From Lepidodermella squamata (Eukaryota > Animalia > Gastrotricha): a stretch of 64,000 nucleotides of DNA. Shown piece after piece: positions 47,619 to 60,199 of this stretch. The DNA is taken from positions 372,001 through 436,000 of the forward strand of contig JBLDXI010000060.1 of NCBI GenBank assembly GCA_047495785.1. The letters are read 5' to 3'. Every line of letters begins with the position of its first letter. The first letter of the stretch is position 1. A program made the position numbers and the translations under genes. The notes under the pieces were generated by a model that worked only from the letters and a program-made list of their open reading frames with translations, did no database searches and had not been told where the DNA came from.

Positions 47619-50600
47619 TCACGAATATTGTGCTAAGCTAGAGCCTCGGATAGAATAATCAGAATGCCTTGCAAATTTCGCTGAGTTCGCTGAGTTATCA
47701 AAACCTTGCCGATTTATCAAAATGGTGTCGAGTGAGTTATATATTGATAACTTATCCAGAGGAACCAAGGTTTTGCCTGGTTTAAGTTTGATCATGGCGC
47801 ATTTGAGGCAAGAAGTGCACCAACTCATGATGTCTACTCCCATGCCTGGCCAGAAGAATTTTGCTTGGATACTAGCGAGGGTTTTACCTGCTCCTAGATG
47901 TCCAGCTGCTGGGATCGAGTGGAATAGGTGGAAAATTTCCCCTCTTCGCTTTCTCGGTAATACGATCAAATCTGTATCGTTTTTCATATCGCGGAGAACA
48001 CAAACACCAAAGTGAGAGGAACTTGTTGATTCTGGGGCTCTTCCACTTCGTGAGTGGTTTGCCGGAGCGATTTATTACTGCTTCGCAAATTTTTCCGATT
48101 TCGGGATCGTCGAGCTGCTCTTTGGCAAGCGCGTCCATTTCCCAAGCTAAGGCATCAGTGAATTTGATCGCGTTGATCAGTTCTTGTTCTGGACTAATTC
48201 TGGAAAGTGCATCGGCGATCACTTGGGTTTCGCCCGGCGCATACTCGATATCGAAATCAAACTCATTAAGCCAAAGTATCCATCTGTGGACTTTCGGAGA
48301 AGGCTTTTTGCAAGTTTTTAACCAAGTTATTGGCTTATGATCTGTGATCATGGTGAATTTTACACCTTTTAAGTAATCGCTGAATGTCTGGGTTGCCCAG
48401 TATAGGGCGTATGCTTCGCGTTCTGTTGTGATCCATTTCTGCTCAGCTTTTGTGAGGGGCTTACTAGCATAGGCCACTGGCCTTTCGCCTTCGCCTGAGT
48501 CTTGCATCAGGGTGGCGCCCACACTAAAACTAGAGGCATCGGCGTAAACACGGAATGGCAGTTCATAATTTGGAAGTGCTAGTACAGGTGCTTCTTTCAA
48601 AGCTGCCTTGAGCTTCCAGAACGCGGTTTGACATTTCGAATCCCACATGAAGGGAACGAGATCGCTCGTCATTTCTGACAATGGCTTAGCAATTTCTGCA
48701 TAATGTTGTATGAATTTACGGAGATGACCTGTCATTCCGAGGAATCTGCGTAACTCTTTTCGAGTCTTTGGCGCTGGGTAATCATCGATTCCTTGTGTCC
48801 GCTTGGGATTTATTTCAACTCCCCACCGGTGAATTATCTGACCGAGAAAAGGGATGGAAGTTTCAGCGATGATGAGTTTTTCCTCCTTCATTGTTAAGCC
48901 AGTTTTGGCGAGTTTTGACATGACGGTGTCGACGATGTCGAGATGTTCATCAACGGATCCTTTGTTATGCACAATAATATCGTCAACGAAAACTGTACAT
49001 TTCTCATCCGCAATTTCCTCACGCAAAATTTGGTCCATGACACTTTGAAAAATTTCGCTTGAGTTATTCATGCCAAATGGCAAAGCACATAGCTGATATT
49101 TCCCCCACGGTGTCTCAAACGCAAGTATGCCACGTGAGTCCGGGTGAATGGGAATTTGGAGAAATGCATCTTTCAGATCGATTTTTGTGAAATATGTACA
49201 CTGACCCAAACGTTCGAAATAGTCAGCTGCCGTTGGCAAGGGATACCTGAATCTTTTGATATTCTTGTTTTGCCGTTTGAGGTCGAGGCATACTCGAGTT
49301 GTGCCGTCCTCATTCATGACGAAATGAGGTGGCGAGTTGTGTCTGCTCAGACCTGGTTCAGGCTCGGCTTTGCCGTTATCAATCCACCGGTCAAGGGTCT
49401 CTTTGAGAATACGCTTCTGCTGAGGATTCATTTTTCTGGGAGGCTCAAAGCTTATGAGTTTCGGATCGATTAATTCAATTCTGTATCCGAATTTTTCCGC
49501 CATACCAATCCTGTCATTCTTGCCAGAGACATAATTTTGGTATTTTTCTTTCAGGGCAAGGATCCTTGGATCATCCCGTGCGATGGCTGGAAATTTTTCG
49601 AGACTGGCCTTCAGTTGGGCTTGAAATTCTTCAGGCGCCAACGTTTTGGCGGAAAAGGGCTTTTCAAGCGCAGTGAGCTCATCTCTGTCCTCGTTTTCTG
49701 AGGATGATTCAGAGATTTTACGCTCTTTAGGCTTCCGGGTTCGTTTCTGCTTCGGCTGATGATCGTCCGCACTAGTAAAAATAAGTTATTAGCTAGCAGG
49801 GCTAGCTAGTCGCTAGCTAGCTCACTGTTTCAGCACTATGTATAAGGTGGGATATCTAGCGCGCAATGAAAAGTTGCTAGCTAACGGATCAAGTTGCTAA
49901 ATAGCGCAACGCTTAGACGCGAATATTGACAAGCTGCTATAGAGAGCTACCTAGCAGGTTATTTCGTAATCTAGCTGCTAGCTAGCATATGATCGTGCCT
50001 CGATGCGCTATCTAGCAGGACCTGAAATTCAAATACTTCCCGCCAACCGCCATTTTGGATTTTCACCTGCTAGCTAGCCCAAAAATTCAAATTTTTAAGC
50101 TAGCTAGCCCAAATATTTGAATTTTCAAGCTAGCTAGCGCACATCTCTCGCACAACAGAACTTGAATGCCTTGACATTGTTACATTTTCTCATTTCAAGT
50201 CAACTTAAACTTAGAGCATCAGAACTCCGGCTAGGTATTGCGGTTACTTTCTCTGTTTTCCCGCCCGTTTTCATACGAAGTAATGTATCGATATTTGTAT
50301 TTTTTAGATCATAGCTACGATAAAAGTTTACCATCAAACGCGACGCGGCCAGCAGCCAAGGATCGCTCTATGAACTGGTTTTTACATCGCTTTTATCTTT
50401 TATTTCAGTAACAAAGTAAGTAACAGTTATTTGATAATTGCTGAAATCTAATTTTCTTGCCTGTTTTTAGTTCTTGCAACAAGCTGTTTGATCCTATGCA
50501 ATATCAATAGATGCGCTGTACTAGCCGCGGTGGCTGTTCAAATTCTAATACTGCTGCCTAACTGCTCTCGTCGACTATCGTTATCTTCGGCCATTTAGTA

Positions 50601-51774
50601 TTTTTGTTATTGCTTCTATGTCATGTTAACGATCGTTCTCGAGTGCTATGTTATGCTTCTGAAATTACCAAGTTGTTATTTTGCGCTAATGACAAATGAA
50701 TACATGCTATCTAATAAAAAAGAAGGTTCAAAAATTGACTTGACTGTAATTAACTTAAATTACGAGAAAACCAGGAAGGAGAGGATAGCGGGGTGGCTAG
50801 CTAGCCATGAAAGTTATAAAACTAGCCAGTCCTGCCCTATTTAGCACCCAGTGCTATATAGTGGGATGGCTAATATAGCAGCCTGCTAGGCAACGCAACT
50901 GCTACATAGCGCGCCTTGTTACTATTATCTAGCAACTTTCTACATAGAACATCGTGCGCTAGTTAGGGGGGCACCAGGCTTATATATAACGGGTTACTAG
51001 CTAGCAAGTGAAGTTTCTAGCTAGCGCAAGACGCTAAAACTAACTAGCAGCTTATTTTTACTATTGCGCCGTTCCCGGAACCTTGTCATCACTGTGTGAA
51101 TTTAGAATTTAGAATTTGTTCGAGGTGTCAATTGAGTCATTGTGACTTTGCTTCGGTTGTTTCTCTACGTTGTCTGCAGGTTCAGGGGCAGTCAAAGCAG
51201 TCATGACCGTGTCTTTGTTGCCTAGGAGTGGGAATTCTCCGAAAATTGTGTTCAAAGTGTCGGTGACTAGGTCAATCTTGGAATGAACTCGTCGCAAAAA
51301 GTCCAAACCAAGAATAATTCCTACACCGGTGCCTTGGCAAACTGCGAATTGGTTTGTGAATTTTTTATTATTTATGGACAAATTTATTTGTATTTGACCT
51401 AGGAGTGGCAAGGTGCGACCGTCTACACCCGTTGCGACGCTACTACCTGGTTGCTGCCAAACTTGGGCTTGCTTTTGCAATAAATTCACGACTTGTTGCG
51501 ATACAACTGAGATCGTGGCTCCTGTGTCTACCAGAGCTTGGAATACCAAGTTGTGCGTACTAATATTGATTAGGCACGGTTTCCGGCGCGTGTGGTGAAT
51601 ACCATTAAGAGAATCGACACAAGAAATATGATAAGAGGCATTTGAGAAAATTAATTTTTTATTCGAGGATTCACATGGATTTGATTTTTTAAGAGTTTTC
51701 ATAAACCTCAGTTTCTTCTTCAGCTTCCTTCTCTTCTCGGCCCTCGGCGGCGGTCGACGCGTCGGACCGACTAA
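47619..51774 (-). pseudogene. pol: Gypsy pol (aspartic protease, RT, RNase H, integrase HHCC), interrupted
   Basis: ALVDTGAT; KIDLKDAFLQIP, LPFGMNNS, FVDD; YADAS, EREAYA, TDHKP; H-x5-HLG...C-x2-C. Stop at 51109-51111, insertion at 49770-51066, frameshift near 48000. Confidence 0.92.
49770..51066. mobile_element. Non-autonomous CACTA/EnSpm-like element inserted in Gypsy pol
   Basis: TIR CACTAGTAAAAATAAG / CTTATTTTTACTATTG; 2-bp TSD CG; many GCTAGC palindromes. Removing it restores the pro-RT reading frame. Confidence 0.88.
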
Positions 51775-51780
51775 TTTAAA
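51729..51780 (-). promoter_or_regulatory. -1 programmed ribosomal frameshift signal (gag-pol)
   Basis: Slippery T_TTA_AAT (51780-51774) lies just before the gag stop, followed by GC-rich self-complementary TCGGTCCGACGCGTCGACCG...GGCCGA. The -1 frame is open into the protease ORF. Confidence 0.75.
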
Positions 51781-53178
51781 AAGGAGGCGTCGTACCCTTC
51801 ACGAACACAACCTTTCTCAAAGTCGCGACGGAGGTCCAGGCAGGCCGGGGCCAGATGATTGGCTCGGCCGCAGTAGGAGCAGTTCTGTGCGTGTTTGCAG
51901 TCCACTGATCGGTGCCCCTGTTGACACCACAAGCACCGGAGCGTAGTGCGCTGGCGCTTGTTGTTGTTGGCAGCGCTGGCGTTGGCGTTGCTGCTGTTCG
52001 TGTTGTTGTAGTAGCCGGCATGATGGCCGTTGCCGTTGTTGCCATTGTTGTTGCGGTCGGGGAACCCGGCGCCGCTGGCGCAACTAGTGGCTGACTCTTG
52101 ATGCGGATGCCGGCCGGAGGCGTTCGTAGCTCGGTCGCGGAGCTGTCGCTCGATGTTGGTGATCCGGGCGGCGATGCCGTCAAACGCCTTTTCCATAGCG
52201 GACTTGGCCGTCTTCACTTCTGAAATAGGGCAAACAATGTTTTTAATTTTGCTTGATTCCCTATAAGCTGACAATGCCAAAGCTACCGTACAGTCGAATG
52301 TGGACTTTGTAGCTGTTGTGAGGGCTAGGCGGACTTTGTCGTCGGCCAGGCCTTCATGGAAAGTATTTATCAGGGTATCAACTTCCACGCCGAGGCGCGC
52401 TGCAAGTAGGCGAAGGGCCGAAGCATATGCTTCGATCGACTCGCCTGCTTGCTGCGTCATGGTGTACAGGTCCTTCATGGAGGAAGAAGAGCTTTTTGGT
52501 TCGGGGAAAATTTTGCCGAATTCAGTAATTGTCTGTGCGAAAGTTCACATTCTTATGTTTGATTTCCTTGAAAATTTCTTCCGCATTGGTGTCCAATTTG
52601 GAGTAAAAGTAATCCTCAATGTTTGTGGGTGGTATTTGTAATAATTTGACGCTAGTCGTGAAACGGCGATAAAATGGTGGGAAAGGGGTCCCTGCCAAAT
52701 AAATATCATTACCTTGGATCACAGCGCCGAGGGCTACTGCGATATTCGGCACGGGCGCTTGTGGCGCTGGTGGTGGCGCTGGTGCTGAACGGGCTGCCGC
52801 TTGGGCCGCTTGGCCGTGCACCAAGTGCTGTAACGCTTGGCTGATGCTGGCGAGCGTAGTTTCCACTTGGCTCGCACCTGGGTTGAGCTGTTGCTGCGGC
52901 TGTTGTTGGAGCTGGTGCAACTGGCGTTGAAGCTGATCGATGTGAAGCTGCTGCAAACGCGCTTGCCATTCCGAAGGCGCATGGCCTTGCGGCTGGCTGT
53001 GGTCTGGCAGCTGGGCTTGACCTTGGCTTTGGCCGATGGTGTTTCGGTGGAGGTGAGGCCACAACAAATTTTGCTGCGGTTGCTCTTGATGCTCTTGATT
53101 CTGACTTTGTTGTGGGCCTTGGCCGGCGGGCTGAGCCGTTGGCTCTTCGACGCCCTCCCCACGCTCCTCATCGGACAT
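51771..53178 (-). pseudogene. gag: Gypsy gag (frameshift near 52550)
   Basis: Q-rich N-terminus, QQAGESIEAYASALRLLA capsid motif, two Zn knuckles CLWCQQGHRSVDC and CSYCGRANHLAPAC. Confidence 0.85.
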
Positions 53179-53869
53179 GGGGACCTCAACATTTAGATTT
53201 TCGTTGTTCTACATGATTTGAAAGAGGTAAATTTTACTAGAAATGAGAAAAAGGATTATAGGAAAAGTAAACGGTAGTTACCGGTGCCACCAATGTAAAG
53301 TTGAAGTCAGTGATAATTTCAACCCAAAAAAACGAGAGCGTTTATTAAATATCATTTCCATCTTTTATAGGCTATTTTATCATTATTACATAATTTCACG
53401 TGTCAGCGAAACGCGTGACACGAAGCGGAACGAAACGTGCGGTAGGTCGCGTGAAACGGAAAGGGCGACCAACCCTACACTACTACCAGCACTCAGTCAA
53501 CAGAAGACCCACCTGCAGCAACAAAGACTCCATCCCCGGTACCAGTGCCGCTAGCTACCAGCCATCACTAACAGCGTTGAACCCGAAAATGACTCAGTCA
53601 TAACGATAGCCGATGTTGACGCTTCAGCCGCACCTCGCGCTATGAAAAAAAGATTTGCTGCCAAATTTACGGCAAGGGCCTGATCGAAATCGAAAGCCGT
53701 TCTGGCGGCGCTTGGGTAACTGTTCTGTGCGACAACTCGAATATGGTAACGTTACCAAAAGGAATACAAAATTTTGACTTTTTTCAAACACTTGCTATTT
53801 CCTGACTATGAGGTTCATAGCAATGACCATGAGGGCCATGATGTTATTTTGACGAGCAACAATCCGAAC

Positions 53870-54726
53870 AATCCGAATAGTGGTTAAAAACGTAGAAACG
53901 GACAAACCGCCCGAAAATCCTGATGATTCCCAGTTAAAAATAAACGGGGAGAGTCTAGAAAGAATAAATACCTTCAAATATCTAGGAAGCATAATTAGCT
54001 CTGACGGTACTTGCACTCTGGAAATAGAAGAAAGAATGCAAAAGGCCGGGTCTGGTTTCGGGGCATTAAACAAATCCATAAATAATAAATCGCAAGTCAG
54101 TATCCCTGCAAAAATGAAGGTTAAGCGAGCTGTAATGACTCCGACACTCCTCTACGCTTCTGAAAGTTGGAATGCAACCGCAGCTCACCAACTGAGGCTG
54201 GATGTTGTGCAGATGAGGTGGCTTAGGGCTATAGCCAACGTCACAATTATGGATAAAATCAGAAATGATGACATAAGAAAAATCTGTGAAGGTATAGAAC
54301 CTATCTCAGCTCAAATAGAACATAACCGACTACGTTTCTTAGGGCACATTCTTAGAATGAATGACGATAACCTAGTCAAGCAAGCATACTTATGGACCCC
54401 ACCCAAGGGCTGGCATAGGAAGTTAGGCAGGCCCAGGGTAGGATGGGATTATTGTAACACTCAAAGCTTATTGCAAGCAACAAATCTTGAAAATTACAAA
54501 AATTTCGTAAGCGTCTACAATGAAAAATGTCTAAATTGGGACAAAATTGAGGAGACAGCTTGTGATCGGTCTAACTGGAGGGCCTTCATTCGCGAACTTC
54601 TGGCCTTCAGGTCGCGGGGAACGGAATCTACTTGACTTCTCGCTCTCGCCGTCGTTAAAACTTTATTGTATGCCTCACCAACGCAAAACGACGATAAATA
54701 AAAACCAAATGATGATGATGATGATG
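53870..54726 (+). mobile_element. 5'-truncated RTE-like LINE (ORF2 C-terminus 53880-54635)
   Basis: FKYLGS, PTLLYASESW, RLRFLGHILRM, GRPR..W, DRSNWR; (TGA)n tail; TSD ACAATCCGAAC at 53859-53869 and 54727-54737. Confidence 0.9.
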
Positions 54727-55737
54727 ACAATCCGAACTCGCAAAATCGCATCATAATCAGTAAGATTGAACAATAACGATTTTCTGTCGCCATATTCGGA
54801 TTCAGCATAATGAAATTAGGTAGTGTACCCAAAAACTCAGCAAGATTCGCTTTCACTAGCATTCGGCATTAGATTGAGAGTTTGGCAAGGACTATTATAT
54901 GTTATTAATTTCAGCCATTTCATTTAGATGTGTATTTTGTTATCTGATTTTTTTAATAGTTCCGTCTTGTTAAAATACTCAGATGTATAAACGTACCAAA
55001 CCGGAACCCAACATGATTAAATGTGAGCGAGTATGCAGTTTCGGTTCAGAAAGGAAGCTTTTATAGGGCAACAGCCAGAGGTTTTCAATTTTTCCTTTTT
55101 TCAACTTTCAGCAACGGCTCGATAACGGTGAGGAATTAGCTCATGAAGTTTTGTGAGCTTACATATATTGGTTTGGAGTTTGGACTGTTTGAGGTCAAAA
55201 TGTGAGCCCGGGGAACCTTATGGTTAAGGAACAGCAAGCTTTCGAAAAAAGTCGACATTTATATGCATATTTAGGTAACCTTACCCTAAGTTGCCCGGGA
55301 AAGCGAAAACACACGACAAACGTGCTAACTACAAGTTAGCAGTTCAGGTCAATATTTCCGTATCTTTGTATTTTTCAATTTTTTCGGAGCGGTTTTTCAA
55401 AATTTCTATTCATTTTTAACCCTTTAGCTACCAGGCAACTACGTGTTTGACCGAATGTGTATACACGTTACAGTTTTTTCAGCGAAAAATGTGTTTACAC
55501 GTATCATTTGGCTATATCATACGGGTTTACACGTAATGTGCGAATGAAAATTATGATCAATTTCAAAACTGCTATTTTTCGTGAAAACCCCGCGTTAACA
55601 CGTGAAATTTGGAGACTGTTTTACACGTATGAGTAAACACGCGATGGATTTGTGTTAACACGGGCTGTTTCTTTTTTATTTGAACGCGCTTTTTTTCATC
55701 TCAAAAATGTAAAAAAAGCTATATAAAAACGAAATTT

Positions 55738-58700
55738 TCAGCCGCAATGTGGGCCATACTGCCCAAAACAGGTAACACAAAGGCCAACATCGCAAATCGG
55801 GCAGTGGTAGGCGCTTTCTTTGCGCGATTTGTTGGCGTAGCAGAGAACGCATTGGCGCATCACCGTTCTCGCACGATCGTTCGGGTACATGCCGTTGTGA
55901 GTAGGCCAATGACCGCCCGATTTCCATGCGTCGGAGCGAACCAGTGGATCGGCTTTTTCGCCGGCTTTTCTCGCCCTGGCCGAAATGAATCGCCGACCGC
56001 CCCCAGCCTCCAGCAACTCTTCGATGAGCCGATGACGAAACAGCAGCGTCGGCATGTTCGTCAAGCCGGTGACTTTAGTGAAAGCCACGTAGGCGTTGCA
56101 GATGGCCTGTTCAATTCCATAGCAGAGCAGAGGGCGAACCCATTTCTTGCCAGGAATTGTACAATCGTAGGATTGTCGCCGACGATCAGGCACGTCAACG
56201 CCGCGCATGTGAGACTGGTAGTCGACGGCGACGGGAGGAGCCGGAAAATCGGCAATGGAACCATCTTTTAGCCTACGACTGATCAGTTCATTCGGCGTGC
56301 CGGAATGTCGCGTCGACAGGAAATTGACAACCTTGCTGTCTTGCCAGCTTTGATAAAGCAGCTGACCGCAGTACTTGAACTGCGTTGACCCGCGCGGCAA
56401 CTTCGGCTTCTTAGCAATGACAACGGTCGAATCAAGCCCGGCTCTGTTGGTCCTCACCGTGCCAGCGGCGTAGGTCTCTTCGTCGAGCAAGCGGCGGTAC
56501 AAGGACGGACTGGAGAACCAATTATCCATGTAAATGGTAATCCAGAAGCCCCAGATCACACGCGAAAGGTCAACGACGACGCGTTCAGCCAATCCGGCAT
56601 CCATGTCCTCATCCTCGCCAGCTTTAGAAACATATAAATAAATTAAGGCATTATAAGGAAAAAATGTCACCTACCTGTATATCCGCGGCCAGTGTAAACT
56701 CGGATGTCGAACACGTAGCCAGAGGGCGTCGTCGCGATTGCGAAAAGTTTGATTCCGCGTTTGATTGGCTTCAACGGCACGTACTGTCTCATGCTTGTTC
56801 GGCCCTTGTAAGCAACCATCTGTTCATCAATGGCTACCTTGGGCCCAGCATCGAAATTCACCTTCCAAGCAGCTGTTAGCGCATCGAAATACGGCCGAAC
56901 TTTGTAGAGCTTGTCGAAATGCGGATCATCGCGACCAGGCATCTTGGCGTTATCGGCAACGTGCCAATACCGAAGCAACTGTTCGAACCGGTTTCGAAAC
57001 ATTAGCTTGGCAACGTAGGGTTGAAACAGGATCTCACTTGAAGCTTGCCAGTAATTCTTGATCGATGGCAGAGGGACAACACCGATCGTCAGGATTGCCG
57101 CCAACAGCCGGAAAATTTCAGGGCGATCGCAGACAAGAAACTGTGGCTTATCAGGGTCGTAATTTTGCGCGGCGTAGCGATTAGTTTCGCGCACAAACAA
57201 ATCGATCACAGGAAACATGGCGGTGAAAAACGGGAGGACCATGTGAAAGAATTCGGTTGTAATAGCGTAGCAATGCCCGCTGCTTTCACTGCTTGAAACT
57301 TCGCAAAGATTCAATTCGTCGCCTTCTTCTAGGCCTGCATCGACTTGAAGGCCTTCTTCTTGACTTTCTTCTTGATGTTCCATTTTCGACTCAGTGCCAG
57401 AGGCTTCAGACTCGGCTTGCTCTTCCTCGGCCTCTTCGCCGTCACCATTGGCTTCGCCATCGCCAGATTCCGCTCTTTCGTCTTCACCGCTTTCATCACA
57501 CTGCATGCTTTCATCTAAAAAACAGAAAATTTTAGAAAAATATTCTAAGTTCAAAAATTAAAAATTTTAATTACGACAAAATAGTTGGAACATGACAAAT
57601 CAAAATTTGAAAGAAGTTGAAGAGACTTTCTAATAAACAAATTCAATTTTAAATTTTGAAAATTGAAAACAATCATTCGAATAAATTGAAAAATTTGCAG
57701 CAAAACATGAAAAATTAAGGAATTCTTCCCGGTGTTGAGGGCAGAACCGAGAATTCTGCCCGCTGAAAATGCCCGAGGGCGTAGCGGAGCGCAGCGAAGC
57801 GAAGCCCGAGGGTATTTTCAAGGGCTGAATTCGAGGTTTTGCCCGAGACACAAGGGAAGAGTTCCTGTTCCTTCCCAGTTGGTTATTTTCGTTAATCCAA
57901 CACTCGGACGAGTGAAAATGGGGAATGGTGTATAGTGCGTATGAAAGATGACCGTTGTTAATAACGAAAATAAGAAATCCAGCTTAAAATGTGTAGCAAA
58001 TTTTTTTTTTGAATTTTTTTTGTTCGTTGTTCATTTCCTTGTTTTATTATCAATTGAATATTGCGAAAACGCTGACTGATGACACGCCAATCGGTTTGAT
58101 CACGATGCTGTGGCTGGTTTTCACCGTGTATTTCGGTCTTCGTGGCCGTGATGAACATCTACAAATGAAGTAGGTTGTTGGATTGCCATTGAAAAATTGT
58201 TAAATTGGCCGTTTTCAGGTTTGGTGATGTCCAGCTAAAAACCGAATCTGGAGGTCGCAGGTATCTCGAATTCAACGAGCGACAGACTAAAACCAGGAAT
58301 GGCGAATCAACCCACTCAAAACTGGCACCACGAGCATACGAGAACGGTGGCTTTTTCTGCCCGGTTCGATTGTTCCTTATTTTTTGTGCAAAACGACCGG
58401 GAAAGTTTTCGCGCCCGAGTGACCCAATGTATGTTGGTTGCCTGACCCGATTTCGACCCGACGGCCTCTTCTACAAATGCCAAAATTTGGGCAAGAACCC
58501 CCTTGGATCGCTCCTCAAGGACGCCGCTGTCGGTGCTGGTATTACCAAACGAATCACGAACCACTCGGCTCGAAAGTTTCTCGTCTCAACCCTCTCTGAA
58601 CTCGGTGTCGATTCTCGAAAGATCATCCAGATTACTGGTCATGCATCGGTCGATTCTCTGAACAGTTACCACAAACTCAACACCTCTGAACGACGAAGTA

Positions 58701-59640
58701 TCAGCGACAAACTGGCTGTCGGTTTCGGTGATGGACAATCAGCTGCAGTTTCGGGTGTGTCTGCACAAGAGATCAAGCCAACCGAAGGATTGGTGGTGGC
58801 CGAGTCGCATTTCTCGCAAACGCTGCTGCTTCGAAACGTCGAAAATGACCCGCGCGATGAGCCACCCGTAAAGCAAGCTAAACCCATGCCGATCTTCAAT
58901 TTCTCGAATTGCTCCGTCGTTATTAACAATTAATCCGGCCCAAACACTTGTTTTAAAGTTTAAACATTCTAATAAAGGTTATTCACTTGTTCACTCGTTT
59001 GGTCAGAGTCTGAAGGTTGTAGTAAAGGGACTGGGAACGGAAATTGAAGTTGTGCAACATTATTTCAGGTGAGAGGTTTTCCCGAATTTTCGAGAGCATC
59101 AATTGATTTTCGAAAATAAAAAATCCACCCTAATCGTTTGAGCGGGCAGAAACAGCGGGCAGAAACATCGGGCAGAATCACTTTTTCCGTCTAGGCAAAA
59201 AATAACCAACTGGGCAGGAAAATGACATTTTAAATCGAATAAAAAATAAAAAATCGTCAAAATTTTAACATTTCAAAATTTCGTCAAAAATGTACGAAAA
59301 CTTTTCTAAAATGTTGAAAGAAATTGAAATGAAACTAATTCCTACCTGGAGATTCATCGGTGGGAACGAAGCCGTCCGCAGTTGACGCCAGTTTCGGATT
59401 CCTCATGAAATTTCGAAGATATTTCATCAAGGTTTCCGACGCGCCTTCGACGGCGCTACACGGCTGAACAACGAATTTTCGATTTGAATCATTCAGCTTT
59501 CCCCAGACTTTGCCGCTAGGCGCGAACGTAGAAAGCGGAAGATCATCGGAGTCATCGGAGTCAAGCTCGGATCCGGTATCGCCAACCTCGTCCAAATCGA
59601 TATCAAGAAAATCTTCAAATTGCTGGTTGGCCGTAAGCAT
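55738..59640 (-). CDS. piggyBac transposase (PGBD4-like); exons 59640-59346, 57514-56675, 56621-55738
   Basis: AIDEQM, YVPLKPIKRGIK, YMDNWFSS, GTVRTNR, MRGVDVPD (DDD triad), C-terminal Cys-rich domain; both introns join in frame with no stops. Confidence 0.9.
57718..59220 (+). mobile_element. Crypton-type element (internally deleted) inside piggyBac intron 1
   Basis: ~150-nt imperfect hairpin at 57718-57866; inverted repeat CCCAGTTGGTTATTTT (57874-57889) / AAAATAACCAACTGGG (59199-59214); encodes a YR. Exact termini uncertain. Confidence 0.8.
58081..58933 (+). CDS. DUF3504/Crypton tyrosine recombinase catalytic domain, N-terminally truncated (exons ~58081-58169, 58219-58933)
   Basis: FGLRGRDEH, ERQTKTRNG, CPVRLF...KRP, LGKN, TNHSARK, ITGHASVDSLNSY; 49-nt in-frame intron. 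Confidence 0.88.
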
Positions 59641-60199
59641 GATTTAAAAAATGATTGCTGATTTTTGAATGCATGTTTTACCATGCTCACAGCTTTTATA
59701 GTCCTCGATTTTGTTTATTTATTTATCCAGTTTTTTGTGAGTCAACACAGGCGATTGTTGCGTAATCACTCGTAGCGTGCTCTCACCACCGTGTGCATTT
59801 TTTAATTCATGTTTTTTGAGTAAATAATGACCGAAAATAGAAGTACGTGTAAACTCGGGCCAAGTGTAACGTGTATCCACATTTCGCGTCAGGACGTGCA
59901 ATTATAGCTCGGGTAAACCCGTATAACCAGATGTGTTAACACATTGATGTCACGTGTTAATCAGTAATCGCCTACATGCGCGCACCCGAAATTGCGCCAT
60001 TGTTACGTAATCGACGCAAATGCGCCGCCGATCGGCGGGGATGGTCCTCATGACAGGGTCAATAGGTAGTTAAAGAAAAAAACCCGGAAAAAAATCGCCA
60101 AGGTAGCTAGCCGATAGCAAACACCGCTACCACGTGTTACCACGTGTTGGTAGCTAAAGGGTTAAGCGGGCTGGCAAAGAGCTATCGGTAATTAACGTT

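Larger units (their letters stand above)
47619..53501 (-). mobile_element. Decayed Ty3/Gypsy LTR retrotransposon (5' LTR from 53294 outward, outer end uncertain; PBS; gag; pro-RT-RNaseH-integrase Zn finger; integrase core missing)
   Basis: LTR end ...CTTTACA is followed by PBS TGGTGGCACCGG (53292-53281). Domain order PR-RT-RH-IN is Gypsy-type. Confidence 0.92.
55420..60161 (-). mobile_element. piggyBac DNA transposon, structurally complete
   Basis: TTAA TSDs (55416-55419, 60162-60165); perfect 14-bp TIR CCCTTTAGCTACCA; ACACG-rich subterminal repeats. Confidence 0.95.

Noticed and set aside
51109-51111. Programmed stop-codon readthrough between protease and RT
   Set aside because: The TAA lies in a 7-bp tandem duplication (TTTAGAA x2) in an element with other lesions; decay is the simpler explanation.
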